From the NCBI GenBank assembly GCA_963835065.1, contig CAWIEK010000024.1, forward strand, positions 32,001 through 96,000: a stretch of DNA of 64,000 nt, read 5' to 3'. Source of the DNA: an uncultured Chthonomonadaceae bacterium. Its GTDB lineage: Bacteria; Armatimonadota; Chthonomonadetes; Chthonomonadales; Chthonomonadaceae. The translations under genes were made by a program, and so were the position numbers. Below the pieces are notes generated by a model that had not been told where the DNA came from, did not search any database, and saw only the letters and a program-made list of their open reading frames with translations. Numbering within the stretch: the stretch's first letter is position 1; the number at the start of each line of letters is the position of its first letter. This document shows, piece by piece, positions 19,117 to 28,257 of the stretch.

Positions 19117-19329
19117 TCAAAACACGACATGCAGCACGTCCGGGTCGCAATCGGACGCGCTGCGCTGCGTTTCCGGCTGTGTTTTGGCGCGTTCCGGCTG
19201 TCCCTTGCAGCACAGGGCGGCGGCGCTGACCAGCATCGCGGCACAGGAAACGACAACGATACCAACGCCGAGAACAAAGATAATGGGGCAGTGCAGGCAA
19301 TTCAGCCATAAACCGTGCAAGTTCGTCAT
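19117..19329 (-). CDS. Small Cys-rich single-TM hypothetical protein
   Basis: ATG 19329 with GAGG SD; 70 aa. Confidence 0.4.
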   Translation of the reverse strand: MTNLHGLWLNCLHCPIIFVLGVGIVVVSCAAMLVSAAALCCKGQPERAKTQPETQRSASDCDPDVLHVVF

Positions 19330-19584
19330 GGTTCTGTCTCCCTCATGGCAGGAAGCGCAAACGTGGAAGAGGATAGTGCTGCTCCCATTATAAGGCATAA
19401 TGTGTAAAAATACCATAAACTTTTCGGCATATTTTCCGCGAACTGCATCACTTTGGTTCTGTGAAGCGCGTAACAAGAAGCCCCTGTCTTGATGGTCACG
19501 CCGACGAGGGCGGAAACATCAAGGCGGGGGCTTTAAATGCTGCCGGAACAACTTCTACGCGCCTCTGGAAAGCAGGAATAACTT

Positions 19585-20463
19585 ATGCCTACGCGCCGTT
19601 TCTTCTCTCGTCCTGTCCTCCTCGCTTGTGGCCTGTTGCTCGCGCTGGTGGCTGTACCCTGTGCGCTGACGTGGCGGGCATGGCGGCAGGAGAAGTTAGA
19701 TCAGGCGCTGGCGGCGGCAGTCGAACAGTACAATTCTGCGGCCACTCTGGACCTGCTCAGGCGGGGCGCGAACCCGGACGCCTGCAAAGGGACGGGACAG
19801 GTCCTCTCCCTGTGGCAACAATGGAAAGCCTGGCAGGAGCGACTTGGAGGGACAACGCCCGCAGCGCCTACGGGTACGCCTGTCCTGCTCCTTGCGATCA
19901 CCAATCTGCCTTCACCCTATGAGAACAAGGCAGGATATGCGCGGGGCGTAGCCATCGTGAAAGCCTTGCTGGATCGCGGGGCGCAGGTGGCTGTCAACAA
20001 TGAAGAGGGCGTTCCCCTCCTCAGCCTTGCTGTCGAGTTGGCCTATGATACGCAGATCGCGCGTCTGCTGCTTCAGCCTCACGACCACGTCAGCCCGCCC
20101 GCGCTTGACACCAAAAACCCGTTAAATGGAAGAACCCCCTTAATGGCCGCTGCCGGATGGGGCGAGCCGGACATGCTGAACCTGCTGCTCGGCGCAGGCG
20201 CGAACATTGACGCGCAAGGACAGGGCGGATGGACGGCGCTGATGCTTGCCGTGAACAAGGGGAGGGATGAAAACGTGGCTTGCCTGCTCGCCCATCATGC
20301 GAACCTCCGCATCAAAAACAGCATCGGGGAAACGGCGCTGTCTATGGCGCGAGTAAGCCGAACAACTTCCTTTACACACGACGCAGGAGCGGATTTCTGG
20401 CCGCGATTAGTGAAGATGCTTGAGCAGGCGGACGCCATAAATTCCGCCGCGACAGTCAAGTAA
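19585..20463 (+). CDS. Membrane-anchored ankyrin-repeat protein
   Basis: GRTPLMAAA...LLGAGANID, GWTALMLAV, GETALSMA; N-terminal TM. Confidence 0.88.
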   Translation: MPTRRFFSRPVLLACGLLLALVAVPCALTWRAWRQEKLDQALAAAVEQYNSAATLDLLRRGANPDACKGTGQVLSLWQQWKAWQERLGGTTPAAPTGTPVLLLAITNLPSPYENKAGYARGVAIVKALLDRGAQVAVNNEEGVPLLSLAVELAYDTQIARLLLQPHDHVSPPALDTKNPLNGRTPLMAAAGWGEPDMLNLLLGAGANIDAQGQGGWTALMLAVNKGRDENVACLLAHHANLRIKNSIGETALSMARVSRTTSFTHDAGADFWPRLVKMLEQADAINSAATVK

Positions 20464-20593
20464 TCGCCGCCCTGATTGCCAACGACACGCCCCTACAAGG
20501 CAAGATGAAGTCAGGGGATGGAGTCAGAATTTGAACAGGGATTCTGCTATACTACGAGTGATAAGCAGAAACAAAAGCCTGTAAGGAGCGCAA

Positions 20594-21280
20594 ATGTCGG
20601 ACACGTCGCAAGTTGCCAACCCCGGCAGCACATTGGGCGAGGCCGTGGGAGCGTTGGTCGAAAAAGAGGTCAACCGCCTGATGCGCCCGATTGCGGAAGA
20701 GTACGGCTGCGTGTACGTGACGGCAGGCAAACCCGATCCCCACGCGGCCCGCGCAACCAAACTGTTAATGCAAGATGCGGCAGGCAGGCAGTTCCAAATC
20801 GCGGCTGTCATTGCTTCCCGGCGCATACAACCCCTCATTCTCATTGATGCCGTATACGCAGGCAACGCGAAACGCGCGCAGGAAAAAGGGAGTGAAATAG
20901 GGGTGGCGCATCACCATTTGCGCAGCGCCTATCCTGCCATCCGCCAATCTATCGCTGTTCTTATCGGAAACTGGAGTGCGTCTTCAAAAGCCATAATGCG
21001 AAGTTCCGACACAACCATTTTTGAAGTCGGCACTCCGAAAATAGTATCCACGCTGGCACAATATGGGATTGAGTTTGAGGTAAGCGAGAAAGAGCCGGAA
21101 CACGCGATTGCGGCATGGCATCGGTGGAAAGAACTGAACGCCTCAGAATACGATGCTATTGCCCATGCACTGCTGGAAGATATAGAACCGGAACTGCGGA
21201 AAACACTTCAAATCGCGCTGAATAGGCGCCTTCCGCGAAAAACACGAGCGCCAAGATGTGAAAAGATTGCGCGGCTGTAG
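20594..21280 (+). CDS. Hypothetical protein, possibly a degenerate restriction-endonuclease fold
   Basis: 228 aa with AAGGAG SD and upstream TGCTATACT -10; pattern recalls REase-like families but acidic/Lys catalytic positions are not evident. Confidence 0.55.
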   Translation: MSDTSQVANPGSTLGEAVGALVEKEVNRLMRPIAEEYGCVYVTAGKPDPHAARATKLLMQDAAGRQFQIAAVIASRRIQPLILIDAVYAGNAKRAQEKGSEIGVAHHHLRSAYPAIRQSIAVLIGNWSASSKAIMRSSDTTIFEVGTPKIVSTLAQYGIEFEVSEKEPEHAIAAWHRWKELNASEYDAIAHALLEDIEPELRKTLQIALNRRLPRKTRAPRCEKIARL

Positions 21281-21292
21281 ATATAACCATGA

Positions 21293-22154
21293 CTATTTCA
21301 CAGCCGCCTTTGAGGGTGATAAAGGCGCGACGGCGATATTGATGTGGCGGTAAGTCACGCCGTTTTCTTCAATCTCCTCTATCCTGTTCAACTGTTCTTC
21401 GGACACCAGAACGATATAACGGTAGTTTGCCAGTTCGATACCGCCAAGTATCCCGGCATTGTAAAGCGCGGCCTGCTTACGCGCATATTCGGCTTTAGCG
21501 TTTGCCTCAGTCTGCGCCTCGACCTTCTTCCATTCCGTCAACACCAAGCCGTCAGCAGTACGTTGAACAGTATCCGTGTTGAGTGGCCTGTCTGGAAATA
21601 CGAGGTCAGTTCTCGCCCCCTCTGCATTGGCTTTGAAGGCGTAAATGCCATGCAGCAACAAATGCGCGGCCCCCAACTTTTCGCAGGCCGTTTCGCCTAC
21701 ATCAAAGGCTTTCTGCCATCGCTCCTGAATGTCTTCAGCCGCCACAATGCTTTGTTGGAGATGCAGAAAGGCGCGTTCCGATTGGCGTTTAATGACTTCG
21801 GAAATGTTCGTAAGGAGGTAGTTCACTTCCGTAATGAGCAGCAATAGACTGAAGAGCAGAGAGTCTGGCTGTTATCTGAGGCAGCACTCCATCATTGTGT
21901 GTGAACTCGTATCCATTCCCTATGCCGAAGTAGTTCTGTACATTTTGGCTGGCTTCTCCGGGTATCACATATCTAAATTTTTCGTAGAACTGTTTCAAAC
22001 TGGCTTTAGCGAGATTGGCTTGGCCTGCAAGAGTGGTTGACAGTTGATGAAGATGGTTGTTATGCTGTTGTTTGTATGTGTCTAATCGTTCCCCAATCTC
22101 TACAAGGGCTTTGACTCGCCCGCAGATAGCTGTCCACTCGTTTTGCCAATTCAT
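21293..22154 (-). pseudogene. Frameshifted PD-(D/E)xK-like nuclease gene
   Basis: Two overlapping ORFs (21789-22154 with AAGGAG SD, 21293-21844) joinable near 21840; RTDLV...VLTEWK motif; lower GC. Confidence 0.65.
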
Positions 22155-22463
22155 GATGTGTGTTCTCCTTGATGGTAGATAGCCAATCTACTATGGATAA
22201 CGTTTGCAAACCGGAAACAACTAAGAACGGTGTAGTCCGCGCAGGCGGACTTCGTAACCACAGCCGCGCAATTTATTGCACGGACGCTTGTAATTGGTAA
22301 CATAAAAGTTTGCACAACGCGGAAGCTTCTACCCTCACCGGGCGTCCACTTGTGGACACGGCCCCTCTCCCTGATTCGTCCGCAACGCGGACAGGGAGAG
22401 GGGAGCAAATGTGTTCACTTTGTGCGTTTTTATTAAGAGCCACTCCCAATAGGCGCGGCATTT

Positions 22464-22513
22464 GCGTCTGCAAGACGCTTGCACTTTCCTGCCGGGGATT
22501 TTCAATCCCCGGC
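22464..22513. repeat. Half copy of the REP/MITE-like element
   Basis: GCGTCTGCAAGACGCTTGCACTTTCCTGCCGGGGATTTTCAATCCCCGGC. Confidence 0.75.
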
Positions 22514-22525
22514 CAGAAAAAGCTG

Positions 22526-22553
22526 CAACCTTTTTCCTCCACAAGTCGTCTGA
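22526..22553 (+). promoter_or_regulatory. Putative ECF-sigma promoter
   Basis: CAACCT-16-GTCTGA, upstream of repeat copy 2. Confidence 0.5.
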
Positions 22554-22620
22554 ATAAATGTACATGCGTCTACCATACACAAAGGAGAACAGATGCCTAT
22601 GCTCTGCCTGCTCCCACTGC

Positions 22621-22735
22621 CGCCCTGACGCCGCTGAGGTCACGACGCCTCACTCTTACAACCAGACACAACGAGACATCGGGCTGGAAGCGCTGTATTG
22701 CCAAGATTTCGACGCTGCCTCTACATACTCTTATC
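22621..22735. repeat. 115-bp dispersed repeat, copy 2
   Basis: Matches 3436-3550. Confidence 0.92.
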
Positions 22736-22773
22736 TTTATCTTTATCTTTTATCTTTATCTTATCCCTCATCC

Positions 22774-23457
22774 TTACCGATAATCGGGGCGAACGGCATA
22801 CGCAATCGGGTCTTCCAAGCCCGCGCGCTGGAAACCGCGCAGGCGCAGGGCGCAGCTGTCGCACACGCCGCAGGCCACATCCTGACTCTGGTAACAACTC
22901 CACGTCAGATGCAGCGGCGCGTTCAGTTCCAGCCCTTTGCGGATAATGTCTTCTTTGTTCAGATAAATAATCGGCGTTTCAATGCGAATGTCGCCCGCCG
23001 CCGTGCCAAGCCGTATCACTTCGTTGAACGCGGCGTAGTATTCCGGGCGGCAGTCGGGATAGCCGCTGCTGTCCTCATACACCACGCCGATGTACAGCCG
23101 TTTCGCGCCGCACACTTCCGCCCACGACACGCCCACGCTCAAAATATGCGCGTTGCGGAAGGGAACATACGACGTGGGTATCTCCTGATTGTCCAGATCG
23201 GCCTGCGTGACCGGCATACTCGCGTCCGTCAGGCTGCTGCCGCCAATCGCCGCAAGGTGCGCAATGGAGCAGGTCATCCGCCGCGCATGGGGAATCTGGT
23301 AAAAGTCGGCCAGTTCGTGGAACGCCTGCAATTCCCGCTGTTCCGTGCGCTGTCCATAATTCAAATGCAGAAAATTCAACTCGTGACCGTCTTCCCGCGC
23401 CAAAGCCGCCGTCACGCACGAGTCCATGCCGCCCGAAACCAGTACAATCGCCCGCAT
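22774..23457 (-). CDS. queC: 7-cyano-7-deazaguanine synthase
   Basis: SGGMDS, YGQR, YVPFRN, YPDCR, TWSCY, CGVCDSC..R; GAGGAG SD. Confidence 0.96.
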   Translation of the reverse strand: MRAIVLVSGGMDSCVTAALAREDGHELNFLHLNYGQRTEQRELQAFHELADFYQIPHARRMTCSIAHLAAIGGSSLTDASMPVTQADLDNQEIPTSYVPFRNAHILSVGVSWAEVCGAKRLYIGVVYEDSSGYPDCRPEYYAAFNEVIRLGTAAGDIRIETPIIYLNKEDIIRKGLELNAPLHLTWSCYQSQDVACGVCDSCALRLRGFQRAGLEDPIAYAVRPDYR

Positions 23458-23478
23458 AAGCCTTGCTCCTCGTAGTTT

Positions 23479-23610
23479 TTCACCACCAAGACGCCAAGAA
23501 CACCAAGAGAAAAGAGAAGAAGAGAAGAAGAGAAGAAGACATTTACCTATCAAACCTAACATATTCTTTTGCTTTGACTTACTTGGTGTTCTTGGCGTCT
23601 TGGTGGTGAA
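23479..23610. repeat. CACCAAGA-based inverted-repeat element, copy 2
   Basis: Same arms as 15058-15219 with a different spacer. Confidence 0.85.
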
Positions 23611-23719
23611 TAGTTGTTCCTTCTCGTTCCTCAATTGCTGTAAACCACCATTTTACCGCGAAACTCCAAAACGATGTTGAGAAAATAAACGCGGATGGTT
23701 CGTATTCTTAGCAGGACAG

Positions 23720-23755
23720 TTGACGCGCCCGACAAGTTTGTGATAAACTTCACAG
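23720..23755 (+). promoter_or_regulatory. nuo promoter with overlapping Rex-type operator
   Basis: TTGACG-18-TAAACT; TTGTGATAAACTTCACAG (23738-23755) resembles Rex consensus TTGTGAA-N4-TTCACAA. Confidence 0.65.
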
Positions 23756-23915
23756 AAGATAAAGAAGAGGGTGTTCAGGTATTCGGTGTTCGGTGTTGCA
23801 TATTCGGACAAGCCACCATTTCCAAGAGGGTGCGTAAAGCGCGTGGGTGGCTGACCTGAAAACCTGTTGGGAACAAACTGCCGCAGCCCGGCGTAACAGG
23901 GCAGGGGAACGATTA

Positions 23916-24500
23916 GTGAACAGTTATATACCTATTGCCGTATTGGTGTTGGTGGCGACGGTGATTGCTGCCGCGATGGTAGGCGGCTCCTTCTTTCTCG
24001 GTCCCAAAAAGCCCGGGGCGCAGAAAGAAACGCCCTACGAATGCGGCATGACGCCCGTTGGCTCTGCCCGTGAGCGCTTTCCCATCAAGTTCTACCTGAT
24101 CGCGATGCTGTTCATCGTGTTCGACATCGAAACCATTTTCCTGTATCCCTGGGCCGTCAACTATGGCGCGCTCGCCCACTCCCTGAAAGTGTTTAACCTG
24201 ATTGAAATGGCCGTATTTGTTATCATCTTGTTTGTCGGCTATTTCTACATCATCGGCAAGGGCGCATTGGATTGGGACGAGAGCGAGCAGGCCCGCAACG
24301 CCGACGTGCTGACCGCCCATGTTGTCGCGCCGCGTGGCGCGCTCCGTTATGGCAACGAAGACTCCGGCCCCGCCGACCTGTCCAAAACGCCCATCGGCCC
24401 GCGCGTTCCCACTTATGGCGCAAGTTCGCAGGAACTCTACCAGCGCATGCCCGACCAAAGCGTCCCGGCCCTGCCCCGCGACGTGCCGCGTATTCAGTGA
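23916..24500 (+). CDS. nuoA: NADH-quinone oxidoreductase subunit A with C-terminal extension
   Basis: PYECG, FYLIAMLFIVFDIE..FLYPWA, KGALDW. Confidence 0.95.
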   Translation: MNSYIPIAVLVLVATVIAAAMVGGSFFLGPKKPGAQKETPYECGMTPVGSARERFPIKFYLIAMLFIVFDIETIFLYPWAVNYGALAHSLKVFNLIEMAVFVIILFVGYFYIIGKGALDWDESEQARNADVLTAHVVAPRGALRYGNEDSGPADLSKTPIGPRVPTYGASSQELYQRMPDQSVPALPRDVPRIQ

Positions 24501-24502
24501 AG

Positions 24503-24625
24503 AGTAGTCAGTAGTCAGTAGTCAGTAGTCAGTAGAAAGCCCGCTCTCGTAAGGTTGTACTGACAGGTAAAGCCATAAGTAGACAGGAATTTCTACTGAC
24601 TACTGACTACTGACTACTGACTACT
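24503..24625. repeat. Inverted (AGTAGTC)n arrays, perfect 36-bp arms
   Basis: Direct reading; occupies the nuoA-nuoC junction. Confidence 0.95.
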
Positions 24626-24637
24626 TCTGAGGTACTC

Positions 24638-25351
24638 ATGGTTCAATCGCCTCCGCCACCCGCAGTGGAAACCGTTCCTGAGCGGCTGGAAGTGCAAAAA
24701 ATTCGCGCGCTGTTTCCCGACGCCATTCTGGACGTGAACCTGTTTCGCGGTGACACGCGCATTATGGTGCAGCGCCAGCACATCGTGGAAGTCTGCCGCC
24801 TTATGCGCGACGACCCGCAATTGCAATACAACTTCTTTGTGGAATGTCTCGGCGTAGACTATCTGGACTACCGCGACGACTACCGCTTTGAAGTGGTGTA
24901 CAACCTGTACTCGCTGCCCTGGGAAAAAGACGGCAAGCGCTACGGGCACAACACGCGCATTTTTCTGAAAGTGCCCGTGCCCGAAGAAGACGCAATTGTT
25001 CCGAGCGTGACAAGCATCTACCCCGGCGCGAACTTTCCCGAACGCGAAATTTTCGATATGTTCGGCGTCCGCTTTTCCGGGCATCCCGATTTGCGGCGGA
25101 TTTTAATGCCGGACGACTGGATCGGGAATCCACAGCGCAAGGATTACCCGCTCGGCGGCGAGCGCGTCCAATTTCCGGGCGGCAAGTACGGCCCGTCCGT
25201 TGCCGAAGTGCCCGTCCAGCACCCCGGCGAGTCCTTCTACGGCAAAACCGGCGACGAGCAGGGAGAAAAGTACGGTCACGTTCGCACCCCCACGCCGGAC
25301 AAAGGGCCGGGAACGCAGTTGCCGCCGGCGGGAGAACCGGGCAAGAGTTGA
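24638..25351 (+). CDS. nuoC: NADH-quinone oxidoreductase subunit C
   Basis: [36 protein letters not shown]. Confidence 0.95.
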   Translation: MVQSPPPPAVETVPERLEVQKIRALFPDAILDVNLFRGDTRIMVQRQHIVEVCRLMRDDPQLQYNFFVECLGVDYLDYRDDYRFEVVYNLYSLPWEKDGKRYGHNTRIFLKVPVPEEDAIVPSVTSIYPGANFPEREIFDMFGVRFSGHPDLRRILMPDDWIGNPQRKDYPLGGERVQFPGGKYGPSVAEVPVQHPGESFYGKTGDEQGEKYGHVRTPTPDKGPGTQLPPAGEPGKS

Positions 25352-25476
25352 TAGTTGATGGTTGATAGTTGATAGGCAAGCACAGACAATATCTACCTTC
25401 GCCTTTCACCCATTTTACAAGCGGCACAAGCTACGCTGACAGGTCACTATCAACTAAAAACTATCAACTATCAACT
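25346..25476. repeat. Inverted (AGTTGAT)n arrays
   Basis: nuoC-nuoD junction. Confidence 0.88.
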
Positions 25477-25494
25477 TTCCCGAAGGGAAAACTC

Positions 25495-26739
25495 ATGGCT
25501 ATTGACGAAAAGCGTCTGAATGAATTAAATACCGAGTCCATGAACGCGCAGGGCATACAGGTTGACGCCCTTGACGACCAGACGATGGTAGTCAACATGG
25601 GGCCGCAGCATCCGAGTACGCACGGCGTTTTGCGCGTGGTTCTGGAACTCGACGGTGAGGTAATCGTCCGCGCCACGCCGCACATCGGGTATGTGCATAC
25701 CGGCATCGAAAAAGAATTGGAGTTCCAGACCTATCTGAAGGCGGTCACGCTGACAGACCGCATTGATTACGTGGCGTCCCTGCTGGAAAACGGCGCGTAC
25801 TCGCTGTCGGTTGAGAAACTGCTGGGCATTGAGATACCGCCGCGCGGGCAGGTATTGCGCGTGATGCTGATGGAACTGGAGCGCCTTGCCAGCCATCTCG
25901 TATGGCTCGGAACCCACATTCTCGATCTGGGAGCCATGACCGTCTTCTTCTACGCCTTCCAGCAGCGCGAAAAAATACTGGACTTGAAAGAGATGATTTC
26001 GGGCGTCCGCATGATGACCAGTTGGATCGTGCCGGGCGGTCTGCGCGGCGATGCCCCGGACGGGTGGCTTGCCCGCGCCAAAGACCTGGTGGACGATTTC
26101 CCCCGCGCAATGGATGAAATCGAAAACCTCTTGAGCGCCAACCCCATTTTCCGGGAGCGGACGCAGGGCGTGGGAACCATCAGCGTGGAAGACTGCCTTG
26201 CGCTTGGCGTGGCCGGCCCGACCCTGCGCGCGGCGGGCGTTCCTTACGACATCCGCAAAACGCAGCCTTACAGCGGCTACGAGCATTTCCGATTTTACGT
26301 GCCGACGGGAGAGTTCAGCGACGTTTACGACCGCTACCGCGTCCGCATGGCCGAAATGATGCAAAGCCGCGAAATCATCAAGCAGTGCATTGAAAACATG
26401 CCCACCGGCCCAATCAACAGCGATGACCGCAAAGTCGTGCCCCCGGCGCGGCAGGAACTCGACAACAGTATGGAAGCCGTCATCCACCACTTCAAGCTGT
26501 GGACGGAAGGCTTTCACCCGCCCGTTGGCGAAGCCTACGTACCCATCGAAAGCGGCAAGGGCGAAGCAGGGTACTACATTGTCAGCGACGGAACCAACCG
26601 CCCCTATCGCTGTCACCGCCGCCCCGCCAGTTTCATGAACTTGCAGGCGCTCTCGAAAATGTCCGAAGGCCGCCTGATCGCCGATGTGGTAGCCATCATC
26701 GGCAGCATTGATATTATTTTGGGTGAAATAGATCGGTAG
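25495..26739 (+). CDS. nuoD: NADH-quinone oxidoreductase subunit D
   Basis: NMGPQHPSTHGVLR, DRIDY, C-terminal GEIDR. Confidence 0.97.
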   Translation: MAIDEKRLNELNTESMNAQGIQVDALDDQTMVVNMGPQHPSTHGVLRVVLELDGEVIVRATPHIGYVHTGIEKELEFQTYLKAVTLTDRIDYVASLLENGAYSLSVEKLLGIEIPPRGQVLRVMLMELERLASHLVWLGTHILDLGAMTVFFYAFQQREKILDLKEMISGVRMMTSWIVPGGLRGDAPDGWLARAKDLVDDFPRAMDEIENLLSANPIFRERTQGVGTISVEDCLALGVAGPTLRAAGVPYDIRKTQPYSGYEHFRFYVPTGEFSDVYDRYRVRMAEMMQSREIIKQCIENMPTGPINSDDRKVVPPARQELDNSMEAVIHHFKLWTEGFHPPVGEAYVPIESGKGEAGYYIVSDGTNRPYRCHRRPASFMNLQALSKMSEGRLIADVVAIIGSIDIILGEIDR

Positions 26740-26850
26740 GCATCAGGCATTAGGCATTAGGCATTAGGAAATGCCAAGTTCCTTTGTGCCAGTACAAGCA
26801 TATCAGCATCCGGGTAGTTCCTAATGCCTAATGCCTAATGCCTGATGCCT
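26738..26850. repeat. Inverted (AGGCATT)n arrays, perfect 33-bp arms
   Basis: nuoD-nuoE junction; variant unit AGGCATC mirrored in both arms. Confidence 0.95.
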
Positions 26851-26860
26851 GGAGTGCCTT

Positions 26861-27499
26861 ATGTCTTCGTCTCCTTCCATCTCCGGCGGCGCGCGCGAGC
26901 CGCTGCCCATGCCGGACAAGCAGTACCATTTTTCTCCGCAGGCGATTGCCGAAATGGAAGAAATCGCCAGCCACTACCCGCAGCGCAAAGCCGCCTGCCT
27001 GCCCACGCTGTGGATCGCGCAGCGCGAATACGGTGGGTATCTGACACCCAACGCCATACAGGAAGTGGCGGACCGGCTTGGCCTGTCGTTTCAGGAAGTG
27101 GAAGGCGTCGCCACCTTTTACACGATGTACAACCTGCGCCCCGTGGGGCGGCATCATCTGGAAGTCTGTACCTGCCTGACGTGCGCCGTGTTGGGCGCGT
27201 ATGACGTGGTGCATACCCTGGAGCATGAGTTGGGCATCGGCATCGGGCAGACCACGCCGGATAAAGAGTTCACCCTGTCGGAAGCCGAGTGCCTGGATTT
27301 CTGCGGCGCGGCCACCGTAATGCAGGTCGGAGACAAGTATTTCACGAACCTGACCGCCTACAACGTGATGAACCTGATACAAGAACTGCGCCAAAGTCCC
27401 GACTTCACACCCGCCAAACTCGCCGACAGCGTCGTAAAAGTGCATATCCCCGGCGCAAGCGAAACCGGTGGCGGCAGTTTCAAACCGGAAGACATCTAA
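26861..27499 (+). CDS. nuoE: NADH-quinone oxidoreductase subunit E
   Basis: VATFYTMY, CTCLTC...CLDFC 2Fe-2S ligands. Confidence 0.95.
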   Translation: MSSSPSISGGAREPLPMPDKQYHFSPQAIAEMEEIASHYPQRKAACLPTLWIAQREYGGYLTPNAIQEVADRLGLSFQEVEGVATFYTMYNLRPVGRHHLEVCTCLTCAVLGAYDVVHTLEHELGIGIGQTTPDKEFTLSEAECLDFCGAATVMQVGDKYFTNLTAYNVMNLIQELRQSPDFTPAKLADSVVKVHIPGASETGGGSFKPEDI

Positions 27500-27526
27500 A
27501 TAGCAGGGGTAGCGGACACAGCAGTT

Positions 27527-27988
27527 ATGAAGTCTACAGCAGATACTTACCATGATGCAGCGCAAGAACATTTGGTTACGGCTCAGGAGTTACACGAAGC
27601 AGGCAACTACTATCTATCTCACTATATTGCAGGATTAGCGGTAGAGTGCATGTTACGCGCTTTCTTACGCGCCGAAGATAAATTTGACGCGGATCATAAT
27701 CTGGCGCAGCTTGCTGAAAAAGCAAACTTTTATGAGTATATACCAACACATCAGTGGGAGCAATTCGCCGCGAAGTTTACGCAGATGAATGTGCGTTGGC
27801 GCAGCAATCATCGCTTTTTTGCGCAATCTGAGGTGAGGAGGTATCTGCGCTCTGTAGGCGCGGATGCAGGCGCAAAAGGCGACACCTTCAAGAACAATAG
27901 CCGTACCTTGTTAAATCTGGCTATCGAAGTGCTTAATCAGGGAGAAGCATCATGGCAAAAACGCAAGTCAGCTTCACAGAAGAAGTAG
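27527..27988 (+). CDS. HEPN domain protein
   Basis: A..L...G.Y..S.Y.AG.AVEC.L, HNL..L, R-x4-H (RWRSNH). Confidence 0.8.
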   Translation: MKSTADTYHDAAQEHLVTAQELHEAGNYYLSHYIAGLAVECMLRAFLRAEDKFDADHNLAQLAEKANFYEYIPTHQWEQFAAKFTQMNVRWRSNHRFFAQSEVRRYLRSVGADAGAKGDTFKNNSRTLLNLAIEVLNQGEASWQKRKSASQKK

Positions 27989-28218
27989 AGCGCCTTCTTC
28001 GGGATCATTTTACAAACGCCAATGTTATCATAGGAATTAACCCCGGGGCGGAGCGTGTCAGCGGTCAACTGGTTACTCCTGACTTTATCGGCATGGAACA
28101 CATTGACCGTCAAAAAATGGTGCGTGATGTGTTGCGCAAAACGCTGAAGAAGAAAGCCGAAGGAGTGTCCATTATCCTCGCCTACACGCCGGACGAATAC
28201 GCGGCTATGTCGGCGTAA
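27952..28218 (+). CDS. Small BolA-like / degenerate MNT-like partner protein
   Basis: 88 aa; V.PDF.GM....RQ.MV...L...I.AYTPDEY; overlaps the HEPN stop. Confidence 0.65.
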   Translation: MAKTQVSFTEEVERLLRDHFTNANVIIGINPGAERVSGQLVTPDFIGMEHIDRQKMVRDVLRKTLKKKAEGVSIILAYTPDEYAAMSA

Positions 28219-28257
28219 GCAACGCTAGAGTTGGAATTTCAGGCAGGAGTTGGTGTC

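Noticed and set aside
22774..23457. QueC-like defence gene (QatC/Dpd)
   Set aside because: Canonical length and motifs of housekeeping QueC; no qat/dpd neighbours.
24503..24625. Possible CRISPR array
   Set aside because: Units are 7-mers in tandem with no unique spacers, and there are no cas genes.
25369..25494. N-terminal extensions of NuoD (also QueC, NuoJ, TPR) in the ORF track
   Set aside because: They translate intergenic repeats or upstream genes; downstream starts fit the family N-termini or have SDs.
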